NCBI GenBank assembly: GCA_045656765.1
Contig: JAZORU010000030.1
Coordinates: 1,728-65,727, forward strand
Length of the DNA stretch: 64,000 nt
Reading direction: 5' to 3'
DNA from: Eubacteriales bacterium
GTDB lineage: Bacteria; Bacillota; Clostridia; Oscillospirales; CAG-272
Part shown: in pieces, positions 46,169-54,753 of the stretch
How positions within the stretch are numbered: the stretch's first letter is position 1
Layout of the letters: every line of letters starts with the position of its first letter
Program-made: the position numbers and the translations under genes
Notes under the pieces: generated by a model
What the model was told of the DNA's origin: nothing
Database searches by the model: none
What the model saw: only the letters and a program-made list of their open reading frames with translations

Positions 46169-49100
46169 ATGAAAAGATTTCTTGCAATGGCATTGGTAGT
46201 ATTGATGGTAACGTCAATTTTGCCGATGTCGGTCATCGCATCAGAGTTTGATGTGTCGGCTACGGGTGATTACTTTACTGTAATTTCCGAAGACCGCTAC
46301 GCTCTCGCTCCCGGTGCGACCGAAACCGAATTGGTGCTCAATAACGTTGAAGGTAATGACCGTAAGGTCGTTCACTACTTTGAGGTTGACACCAAAAACG
46401 AAAATATTGAGGTTTTGCCGGGTTACTACGGAATCGACAAGCTTGATCCCGATAACCTTGCCCTTGACGGCATCGCTGACAAATCTCAATATTGGAAGGC
46501 AGAGCAGTTGACAAAGACTGTTGCTTACTACGAGGCTATGGGTTACAACGTAGTCGGAGCTATGAACACTGCTTTGGCTTATGACTCCAACGCTCCCTAT
46601 GGATATATGGTAATGAACGGAGTTGTGCTCGGCTCTCCCGAAGTACACAAGGGTGCTCAGACCTATCTTGCAATTGATGCAGAGGGTAACTGTGAGCTTC
46701 GTTCTATGTCTACTCCTCTTGACGGAAGCGAAGTTACCGCTATTTCCGCAAACTTCGGTTGGCTTGTAAAAGATGGTAAATTGCAGAAAACGGCGGTAGA
46801 GCGTACCTCTTCCGACGCGTCCCGTTCTATGATCGGTATTAAGGCTGACGGAACGCTTGTGTTCTGTCAGGTTGACGGGCGTAATGCTCCCGTTTCTTCC
46901 GGACTTTCCGACTATGAGATGGGTGAGATGATGCTTGCTCTCGGTTGCGTTAACGCTGTTAACTGCGACGGCGGCGGATCCTCTACTTTTGTTTCGAAGC
47001 GTGAGGGTGAAACCGCAAACACAATGCGTTCTGTTCCCTCCGACGGTTCTGAGCGTGCAACCATTAACAGTGTTATCCTCGTTTCCAAAGCTAAGGCAAC
47101 GGGTGAGTTTGACCACGCAGTTCTTAGCTCCGAGTATAACTACTACGCTCCCGGCACTTCGGCAAAGATAATTATAAAGGGTGTTGACGTTGCAGGCTCA
47201 CCCGCAGAGCTTCCTGCAGAGGGAATTACCTGGGCACTTTCCGATTCTTCTTTCGGTAGTGTTAGTGAAGGTGTATTTACCTCTAACGGCAAAAAGGGCG
47301 ACGTTACGGTTCAGATGTTCTATAACGGTGAGATAGTTGGAGAGAAGACTATTCACATCGTTGACCCCGACGTGTTTGCTCTGCTTCTTGACGAAACGGT
47401 TCTTCCTTACGGAAAGAGCATGAATATCGAATTTGCCTGCACATACGGCGCTGACGACTGGGCAGTTTGCGTTGACGGTGCGTATACGCTCACTCTTTCG
47501 AACAGTTCTGCCGCTACTCTTAACGGCAACGTCCTTGTTGCTCCTACAGACGAGTCGATATTAGGAGTTGACGTAACTGCAACCTATATTCCCAACACTG
47601 CAGTAACAGACGTTTTAAAGGTTACATACGGTAAGGGCTCCGAGATCGTTTTCGACTTTGAGGATGGAGACGTTTCCGATTTTCTCGGCGTTGACGAAAT
47701 GTACGACTGGGCAGAAGAGGTTGGCGCACCTGCTCCCATTCAGTCTAACAGCAACTATTCTGAAAATACCGACTCAGAGACATTCCTTTCAAGCAATATT
47801 GTAAGAAACGGAAAGTATTCTCTTGGTGTGACACTTGATTACACAGATGCAACGTTTGCAAGCTGGTCGTACAACATGTTCTTCTATACGGGAGAATCTA
47901 TTGTTCTTCGCGATGTTGCAAACGGAAAGAATGCAACCACTTTCGGTATGTGGGTATACATTCCCGAGGGAGCAGCGGGATTGGCTATGCAGATGCAAGG
48001 ATTCAAGAACGCAGACGGTACCGGAGGTACAGGCGGACACTTCTACTTTACTACGGTAAGCGGTGTCAAGAAGAACCTTAACTCTTGCACGGAAGCAGAC
48101 ATTCCCGAGTCTCGTTGGGTATACGCTACTTGTGACCTGACTCAGTTCGGCGATTTCTTTGCAACCTACGCTCCGTTTGGTACAAACGGTCGTGAACCTT
48201 CTTTCATTCGTTTTTATATCAAGCCTGATACTGCGGCTAACCTTACGTTCTATTTTGATGACTTCACGCTCGACTACAGCTCGGCTGTTGACGACAGAGT
48301 TTTGCCCACAATAAGCGACGTAAGCTATACTACGCAGGATGAGTCTGTTGCGCTTAACGAAGGTGCTACTATCAACGGTAACAGCATTTCCTTCTCTGCC
48401 GTTGTAGCAGACAACATTAAGCTTGACAATGCTACAGGTAAGATATACGTTGACGGAAACGCATTGGCGAACGTTGCGGTTTCGGGCAAGTATCTTGCTA
48501 CTACGACAAACGCAACTCTTCTCCCCGGAGTTCACACCGTTACGTTTGAGATAAAAGATACTCTCGGCAACACAGCAAAGGTAACCAGAACCTTTATGGT
48601 TGCAGGCGATGCGGTAGTAGCTCTCGATGGACACAACGACGGCGGATTTAAGCCCGGAGATGATGCAAACGCTGAAGGTGCACCCGCTCCCGAATACGGC
48701 TCTGTATATTACGTTGATATTAACGTAGCAGACATTACTGCCGTCAATAAAATTACGGCAGCTCTTGCACTACAAACAGGAAACACGTGGGAACCTCAGG
48801 GTGTCGTTGTTGCCGAAGGCTTTAAGTATAGCTACAGCTTGAATTCTGTTGAACAGATCCTTTACGTTACTATTGAACGCAACGGTGAAGCGGTTGATGC
48901 TGGTGCAACAACAATAGTAAGCGTTCCGGTTCGTCTTTGGACTTGGAACGGTTTAAATCACGTAACCGATACTCCCATTACTCCCGAGGCTCAATTCAAG
49001 ACGGGATATTGTCCTGTTGTTAAGGTAGAATGTAAGGTACTAAACGGTCTTGTAAACGACACCGATTTCTTCGGCGGAAAGATTACCGTTGCTACGAAGA

Positions 49101-51310
49101 TCAACGATAACGTTTATCCTTGGCACTATCACGATGCAGAGCTCACAGTTCTAAGCAAGGATGCAACTTGTACCGTTGACGGCTACAAGAACAGAACCTA
49201 CTGCGAGACTTGTAAGTCTGTAGTTGATTGGGGCGAGGTTATCGAAGCTGAAGGCCACGACTACCAGAACGGCGAGTGCACTAAGTGCCACCAGGAGTTC
49301 AACTACACAGGACTTTATCAGGTCGGCGAAAACTGGTACTACTACGTAAACGGCAAGGCAGTAACAGGCTGGCAGATGATAGGCAGCGACTGGTACTACT
49401 TTGATACAACGACCGGTATCGGTGCAAACGGCGACGTTGAGATCGGTGTCATTACCTACAACTTCGTTGACGGTAAGCTGACCTCCGGTGTTTGGGCAAA
49501 GACTCTGTTCGGCTGGAGATACTATTACGGCCCGAGCTTCTACAATGACAGAGGAAGCTGGAGAACTATCGACGGCAAGGATTACTTCTTTGAGAAAGGC
49601 GTAAGACTTGAAGGCGGATGGCAGCTCGTATTTGAAAACCAGAAAAACAAGAACTGGTATTATTTCAATGAAGACGGTTCTTGCGACAGAAGTGTAAAGC
49701 CTGAGGACGGTTTCTACACTGACCGTAACGGATATGCTTATGCTAAGGACGGAGAGGGTCTTTCGGGACTTCAGACTATAGACGGCAAAACCTACTATTT
49801 CGATTCCAAGGGATATGCAAAGACTAACGGTACTTACGCAAGCCATCTGTTTAAAGACGACTATGCAGCATATACGGGACTTCACACGGTAGACGGAGTA
49901 CTGTATTACTATCAGAACGGAAGAACTGCAACCTGCGGTCTCTTTAATATTGACGGTGACTATTACTACTCATACTGGGGCGGTGTTATAAAAACGTCCG
50001 GTCAGTATTACGTAAGCCGTACCTACTGCGATCTTCCCGTCGGAACGTACGAATTCGGCGCAGACGGTAAGATGCTTCAGGGAATAGTTGAAAAAGACGG
50101 TGTTCAGTATTTGTACGCTAACGGAAAATTGGCTTCTTACGGCTTGTATAAAATAGGCGATGACTACTATTTCGCTTCTTCTGCCGGAGAGTTCAAGACA
50201 AGCGGAAGATACTACGTTTCCACGACTTACTGCGATCTTCCTGCCGGCAACTACACGTTTGGTGCTGACGGCAAGATGCTTGACGGTGTTGTAGAGCAAG
50301 ACGGAGTTCTTTATCTCTACATCAACGGAACTACTGCAACCTGTGGTCTCTTTGAGGTAGATGGCAAGTACTACTACTCATACTGGGGCGGCGTGCTCAA
50401 GACTGACGGCAGATACTACGTATCTTCGTCATATTGCGACCTTCCCGGCAAGAGAAACTATACCTTTGGTGCAGACGGTGTAATGCTTGACGGTATCGTA
50501 GAGCAGGACGGCGTACTCTATCTCTATAACAATGGAACTACCGAAACCTGTGGTCTCTTTGAGATAGACGGCAAGTACTACTACTCATACTGGGGCGGCG
50601 TGCTTAAGACCGACGGCAGATACTACGTTTCCCGCACCTACTGCGACCTTCCTGTAGGCAACTACACGTTTGGTGCAGACGGTGCTATGCTTGACGGTAT
50701 CGTAGAGCAGGACGGCGTACTCTATCTCTATAACAATGGAACTACCGAAACCTGCGGTCTCTTTGAGATAGACGGCAAGTACTACTACTCATACTGGGGC
50801 GGCGTGCTTAAGACCGACGGTAGATACTACGTATCCCGTACCTACTGCGACCTTCCCGCAGGCAACTACACCTTCGGCGCTGACGGCGCTATGCTTGACG
50901 GCGTTGTAGAGGTTGATGGCGAGCTTTATCTCTATGAGAACGGAACTACCGTTACAGCCGGCTTATATGAAGTAGACGGTGATTACTATTACGCATACTG
51001 GGGCGGCGTGCTTAAGACCGACGGCAGATACTACGTTTCCCGCACCTACTGCGATCTTCCCGTAGGCAACTATACTTTTGATGCAGACGGTAAGATGCTC
51101 AACGGCTTCGTAACCGTTGACGGTGTTAAGTACTTCTATAAGAACGGTTCATGTCCTGCTCCCGGTGTAATAGAGGTAGACGGTGATTACTACTTCGTTA
51201 ACTGGAACGGCGTAGTGGTAACTAACCAGAAATTCTACGTATTCGCAGGTAATGGATATACCATTAAAATGACCTACACGTTTGATGCAGACGGAAAAAT
51301 TGTCGGATAA
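46169..51310 (+). CDS. Large surface protein: phosphodiester glycosidase (NAGPA-like) domain, Ig/CBM-like modules, Cys/His module, C-terminal aromatic cell-wall-binding-like repeats
   Basis: Signal peptide; SRSMIGIKADGTLVFCQVDGR, AVNCDGGGSSTF, PSDGSER motifs; seven ~68-aa repeats; AGGAGG RBS. Confidence 0.85.
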   Translation: MKRFLAMALVVLMVTSILPMSVIASEFDVSATGDYFTVISEDRYALAPGATETELVLNNVEGNDRKVVHYFEVDTKNENIEVLPGYYGIDKLDPDNLALDGIADKSQYWKAEQLTKTVAYYEAMGYNVVGAMNTALAYDSNAPYGYMVMNGVVLGSPEVHKGAQTYLAIDAEGNCELRSMSTPLDGSEVTAISANFGWLVKDGKLQKTAVERTSSDASRSMIGIKADGTLVFCQVDGRNAPVSSGLSDYEMGEMMLALGCVNAVNCDGGGSSTFVSKREGETANTMRSVPSDGSERATINSVILVSKAKATGEFDHAVLSSEYNYYAPGTSAKIIIKGVDVAGSPAELPAEGITWALSDSSFGSVSEGVFTSNGKKGDVTVQMFYNGEIVGEKTIHIVDPDVFALLLDETVLPYGKSMNIEFACTYGADDWAVCVDGAYTLTLSNSSAATLNGNVLVAPTDESILGVDVTATYIPNTAVTDVLKVTYGKGSEIVFDFEDGDVSDFLGVDEMYDWAEEVGAPAPIQSNSNYSENTDSETFLSSNIVRNGKYSLGVTLDYTDATFASWSYNMFFYTGESIVLRDVANGKNATTFGMWVYIPEGAAGLAMQMQGFKNADGTGGTGGHFYFTTVSGVKKNLNSCTEADIPESRWVYATCDLTQFGDFFATYAPFGTNGREPSFIRFYIKPDTAANLTFYFDDFTLDYSSAVDDRVLPTISDVSYTTQDESVALNEGATINGNSISFSAVVADNIKLDNATGKIYVDGNALANVAVSGKYLATTTNATLLPGVHTVTFEIKDTLGNTAKVTRTFMVAGDAVVALDGHNDGGFKPGDDANAEGAPAPEYGSVYYVDINVADITAVNKITAALALQTGNTWEPQGVVVAEGFKYSYSLNSVEQILYVTIERNGEAVDAGATTIVSVPVRLWTWNGLNHVTDTPITPEAQFKTGYCPVVKVECKVLNGLVNDTDFFGGKITVATKINDNVYPWHYHDAELTVLSKDATCTVDGYKNRTYCETCKSVVDWGEVIEAEGHDYQNGECTKCHQEFNYTGLYQVGENWYYYVNGKAVTGWQMIGSDWYYFDTTTGIGANGDVEIGVITYNFVDGKLTSGVWAKTLFGWRYYYGPSFYNDRGSWRTIDGKDYFFEKGVRLEGGWQLVFENQKNKNWYYFNEDGSCDRSVKPEDGFYTDRNGYAYAKDGEGLSGLQTIDGKTYYFDSKGYAKTNGTYASHLFKDDYAAYTGLHTVDGVLYYYQNGRTATCGLFNIDGDYYYSYWGGVIKTSGQYYVSRTYCDLPVGTYEFGADGKMLQGIVEKDGVQYLYANGKLASYGLYKIGDDYYFASSAGEFKTSGRYYVSTTYCDLPAGNYTFGADGKMLDGVVEQDGVLYLYINGTTATCGLFEVDGKYYYSYWGGVLKTDGRYYVSSSYCDLPGKRNYTFGADGVMLDGIVEQDGVLYLYNNGTTETCGLFEIDGKYYYSYWGGVLKTDGRYYVSRTYCDLPVGNYTFGADGAMLDGIVEQDGVLYLYNNGTTETCGLFEIDGKYYYSYWGGVLKTDGRYYVSRTYCDLPAGNYTFGADGAMLDGVVEVDGELYLYENGTTVTAGLYEVDGDYYYAYWGGVLKTDGRYYVSRTYCDLPVGNYTFDADGKMLNGFVTVDGVKYFYKNGSCPAPGVIEVDGDYYFVNWNGVVVTNQKFYVFAGNGYTIKMTYTFDADGKIVG
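49937..51300 (+). repeat. Seven intragenic ~204-bp tandem repeats
   Basis: GLFEIDGKYYYSYWGGVLKTDGRYYVSRTYCDLP.GNYTFGADG.MLDG units starting near 49937, 50141, 50345, 50552, 50756, 50960, 51164. Confidence 0.9.
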
Positions 51311-51321
51311 ATAGAAAGCTA

Positions 51322-51355
51322 TTCTCCCAACCGACATCCTTGTCGGTTGGGAGAA
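51322..51355 (+). terminator. Strong hairpin after the large surface-protein gene
   Basis: TTCTCCCAACCGAC-atcctt-GTCGGTTGGGAGAA followed by TTTGATTTT. Confidence 0.7.
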
Positions 51356-51367
51356 TTTGATTTTATT

Positions 51368-52687
51368 ATGAAAAGCAAACAAGTTATTAACAATGCAAAA
51401 TGGATTATAGTATGTAAGATAGCACAGTCTATTCTTCAACTGATAATCGGAATGATATCGGCAAGATATCTTGGGCCGTCAAACTACGGACTTATAAATT
51501 ATGCATCGAGTGTCGTTGCATTTGCTCTGCCGATAATGAAGCTGGGATTGGATGCCACGTTGGTTCATGAGCTTGTAGAGTCGCCGGAGCGAGAGGGCGA
51601 GATAATGGGAACGTCTCTGCTTTTAAACGTGATATCGGGTATTCTTTGTATAGGCGGTGTTACGGTTTTCTCGTGGCTGACGAATATGGGAGAGACGGAA
51701 ACGCTGATCGTTTGTATCCTTTACAGCATTTCCATATTTTTTGCTGCCCTTGAAATGATCCAATATTGGTTTCAATATAAGCTTTTATCTAAGTATTCAT
51801 CCGTCATAATGCTTTTTGCTTACCTATTTGTATCTGCATATAAGATTTTTCTATTGGCTACGGCAAAAAGCGTTTATTGGTTTGCTCTTTCTCACTCGGT
51901 TGAATACGGCGTTATAGGAATTTTATTAATTTTGTTCTACAAGAAAAACGGCGGGGGATCTTTGTCGTTTTCCTTTGCACGAGCAAAAAAAATGCTGTCA
52001 AAAAGCAAGCACTATATATTGGCGGCACTTATGGTTATAGTTATCCAGAACACAGACCATATAATGTTGACGTCAATGATTGGAAAAGCGGAAAACGGTT
52101 ATTATGCAGCTGCAATTACTGCCGCCAGCGTTGCGCAGTTTGTTTTTACTGCAATAATTGACTCTTTCAGACCGGTCATTCTTGCTTCCAAGAAAAATAA
52201 CGACAATGAATTTGAAAACAACATAGCAAGACTTTACGGTGTAATTATCTATTTATCATTTGCACAAAGCTTGTTATTTACAATATTTGCTCCCGTTATA
52301 ATCAATTTGCTGTACGGAATAGAGTACGCGGCTGCCGTTCCTGTGCTTCAGATTTTGACGTGGTACCGTGCATTTTCATTTATGGGAACTATTCGTAATA
52401 TTTGGCTTCTTGCAGAAGAAAAGCAAAAATACTTGCCTTTTATTAATCTTGTCGGTGTGCTGACAAACATAGCTCTCAATGCAGTTGCAATTCCTTTTTG
52501 GGGGGCGTGCGGTGCGGCAACGGCTTCTTTGATAACTCAGGTGGCGATGAATTTCCTGTTTGGTTTTGTGTTCAAGCCAATAAAACAAAACAACGTTTTG
52601 CTGTTGAGAGGAACAACTCCAAAATACTTGGTGAGGGAAATAAAGCTATTTATTCAAGAAACAAGGAAAACGGACGAAGGAGTCTGA
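51368..52687 (+). CDS. wzx: Wzx flippase
   Basis: NAKWII, ARYLGPSNYG, TDHIML, GYYAAA, LLYGIEY, IPFWGACGAA; ~12 TM. Confidence 0.92.
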   Translation: MKSKQVINNAKWIIVCKIAQSILQLIIGMISARYLGPSNYGLINYASSVVAFALPIMKLGLDATLVHELVESPEREGEIMGTSLLLNVISGILCIGGVTVFSWLTNMGETETLIVCILYSISIFFAALEMIQYWFQYKLLSKYSSVIMLFAYLFVSAYKIFLLATAKSVYWFALSHSVEYGVIGILLILFYKKNGGGSLSFSFARAKKMLSKSKHYILAALMVIVIQNTDHIMLTSMIGKAENGYYAAAITAASVAQFVFTAIIDSFRPVILASKKNNDNEFENNIARLYGVIIYLSFAQSLLFTIFAPVIINLLYGIEYAAAVPVLQILTWYRAFSFMGTIRNIWLLAEEKQKYLPFINLVGVLTNIALNAVAIPFWGACGAATASLITQVAMNFLFGFVFKPIKQNNVLLLRGTTPKYLVREIKLFIQETRKTDEGV

Positions 52688-52690
52688 TCG

Positions 52691-53167
52691 ATGAAACGAA
52701 ATTGTAATATTTCTGTCGCAGTTATTCTGGCATGTTTGCTTGTTGCAGTAACAGGATTTATATTCTTTAATTCTGTAAAGGACTATCAGGCATCACACAA
52801 TTACAGCAACAGTATTGCGGATATAATCGTGTCCGCCGGCGAAAAGCAAAATGTTGCAATAGAAACAATAATCAGAAAAGCGGCACACGTAATTGAATAC
52901 GCAATATTGGGCGTTGCCGTTATGGCTCTTACCCTACACATAAAACAAGCATTTCAAAGGACGTTTGTCGGCACCTCGTTATTCTACACCCTTGCCGTAG
53001 CTGTGGCGGACGAGCATATACAAAGCTACTCTGACAGGACAAGCTCGACGGGGGATATTATACTTGATTTTTGCGGAGCGGTTATTGGATTTTTTGTTGG
53101 TTGGATAATAATCAAAAGCTATACTTACATAAAACATCGTTGTAAAAGAAAGCATGAGGTAAATTGA
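52691..53167 (+). CDS. VanZ family protein
   Basis: IRKAAHVIEYAILG, DEHIQSY..RTSSTGDIILDFCG. Confidence 0.88.
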   Translation: MKRNCNISVAVILACLLVAVTGFIFFNSVKDYQASHNYSNSIADIIVSAGEKQNVAIETIIRKAAHVIEYAILGVAVMALTLHIKQAFQRTFVGTSLFYTLAVAVADEHIQSYSDRTSSTGDIILDFCGAVIGFFVGWIIIKSYTYIKHRCKRKHEVN

Positions 53168-54522
53168 TGATAAATGACAAGGACGATCAGGTAACAGATA
53201 CAGAAGCACAGCAAACGGCAAATCAAGCCTTCGTATTGTCTGTTACGGAATCCCGTGGAGAGCATCACGGCAAGCATCATTCGCACGGCCACCACCGAAG
53301 CCGACGCGGTCATGGGCGAAGAAGAGGAAACTCGGGCAATAAATTCTTTTCGTTTTTAAAGAAAAACAGAAGCATCCTTATAAACGTTTTGTCTTGTACG
53401 GTTTCTGTTGTGCTTTTGGTTGTTATAGCATTTAATATGGATCTCTTTCGAAGCAAGAAGGCTGAAGGCGACGTCTTTCAGACAACACAGTCTACGGTTA
53501 AGATAGAGACGTCCGTATATCCAAAAAAAATTCCGCTTGCACACAACGCAGTTTTATATTATATGTCTGAGAGCAACACCGCGAGTGCAAACGAGGTTTA
53601 CAAAATATTTGATGGACACAAAACGGAGCTGAACAAGGGACTGCCCTTGCAGTTTGTTTACAGGGTTGCCGGCTTGCCTGTAGGAGTGGAAGCAAAGACC
53701 GCGCAGCTTGAAATTTCGGAAAATGACCAATACAGCAATGCGCTTACGTATCAACTTAGCTTGGAAGAATCCGCTATTGATATATACAACTTAAAAACCG
53801 CAACAAAATATTACTATCGCTTTAAGCTTACCTTGAGCGACGGGAGTGATATAGGAACTGTCGGCTCGTTTGAAACCGAAGCGTCCCCAAGGATACTCAA
53901 TGTTGACGGAGCAGTAAACGCAAGGGATATCGGCGGATGGAAAACGGAAGACGGACAAACGGTACGTCAAGGACTTCTTTTCAGAGGAAGCGAGATTGAC
54001 GGAGCGTATGAGCCCGGATTCAAGATCACCGACAAAGGCCTGCAGCAAATGATAGCTGAGCTTGGTATCCGTTATGATATGGATCTCAGAGTGAAGCCCC
54101 AAAATGCAGACAGCGTTAGCATTCTTGGAAAGAACGTCGTGCACGAATACTACAGTGTCGGTATGTACTCGGAGATTTTAAACGCCAACAACAAAGAAAA
54201 CCTGAGACGTATCTTTTCTGATCTGGCAAGCCCTGATAACTACCCCGTGTACCTTCACTGTACATACGGCAGAGACAGGACAGGAAGCGTTTGCTATTTG
54301 CTTGAGGCGCTGCTCGGTGTCTCGGACGATGACCTTAAAAAAGATTACGAATTAAGTGCGCTGACTGATTCATATATAAGTATGGAGTTTAGTGCGTTTG
54401 TTGAGAAAATAGCCTCTTTTGAGGGCAATAGCACGAAGGAAAAGGTAGAAGGGTATCTATTATCTATCGGCGTTACCGAAGAGGAGATCTCAAACATTCG
54501 AAGCATATTTCTTGCCAAATAA
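53164..54522 (+). CDS. Membrane-anchored protein-tyrosine/lipid phosphatase-like protein (Y_phosphatase3 type)
   Basis: His/Arg-rich N-terminus, TM, Fn3-like YNLKTATKYYY, NARDIGGW, LFRGSE, HCTYGRDRTG P-loop, DYELS. Confidence 0.85.
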   Translation: MMINDKDDQVTDTEAQQTANQAFVLSVTESRGEHHGKHHSHGHHRSRRGHGRRRGNSGNKFFSFLKKNRSILINVLSCTVSVVLLVVIAFNMDLFRSKKAEGDVFQTTQSTVKIETSVYPKKIPLAHNAVLYYMSESNTASANEVYKIFDGHKTELNKGLPLQFVYRVAGLPVGVEAKTAQLEISENDQYSNALTYQLSLEESAIDIYNLKTATKYYYRFKLTLSDGSDIGTVGSFETEASPRILNVDGAVNARDIGGWKTEDGQTVRQGLLFRGSEIDGAYEPGFKITDKGLQQMIAELGIRYDMDLRVKPQNADSVSILGKNVVHEYYSVGMYSEILNANNKENLRRIFSDLASPDNYPVYLHCTYGRDRTGSVCYLLEALLGVSDDDLKKDYELSALTDSYISMEFSAFVEKIASFEGNSTKEKVEGYLLSIGVTEEEISNIRSIFLAK

Positions 54523-54533
54523 AACAAAAAAAC

Positions 54534-54570
54534 ACAACACCCTGCAGACGATAGGTCTGCAGGGTGTTGT
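54534..54570. terminator. Bidirectional terminator closing polysaccharide and feo operons
   Basis: ACAACACCCTGCAGAC-gatag-GTCTGCAGGGTGTTGT. Confidence 0.8.
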
Positions 54571-54580
54571 TGTATACAGT

Positions 54581-54751
54581 TTATTTTTTATCGGGCGGAG
54601 AGCTTTTTTGAGCGCCGCCGCATTTTCCGCCGCAGTTTTTTGCGTAAGGGCAGCCGATACACTTCTCACCGCGCTTTTTTGCGCGGATAAGATATAAAAC
54701 GACGCCTGCCGCAATGGCGGCGAGGATTAAGATAACGATAATATCTTCCAT
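54581..54751 (-). CDS. FeoB-associated Cys-rich membrane protein (56 aa, below ORF-track cutoff)
   Basis: Manual translation MEDIIVILILAAIAAGVVLYLIRAKKRGEKCIGCPYAKNCGGKCGGAQKSSPPDKK; starts 2 nt after feoB stop. Confidence 0.85.
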   Translation of the reverse strand: MEDIIVILILAAIAAGVVLYLIRAKKRGEKCIGCPYAKNCGGKCGGAQKSSPPDKK

Positions 54752-54753
54752 AA

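Noticed and set aside
49937..51300. DGR template/variable repeats
   Set aside because: In-frame tandem repeats with mostly synonymous differences, not adenine-specific, and no reverse transcriptase in the window.
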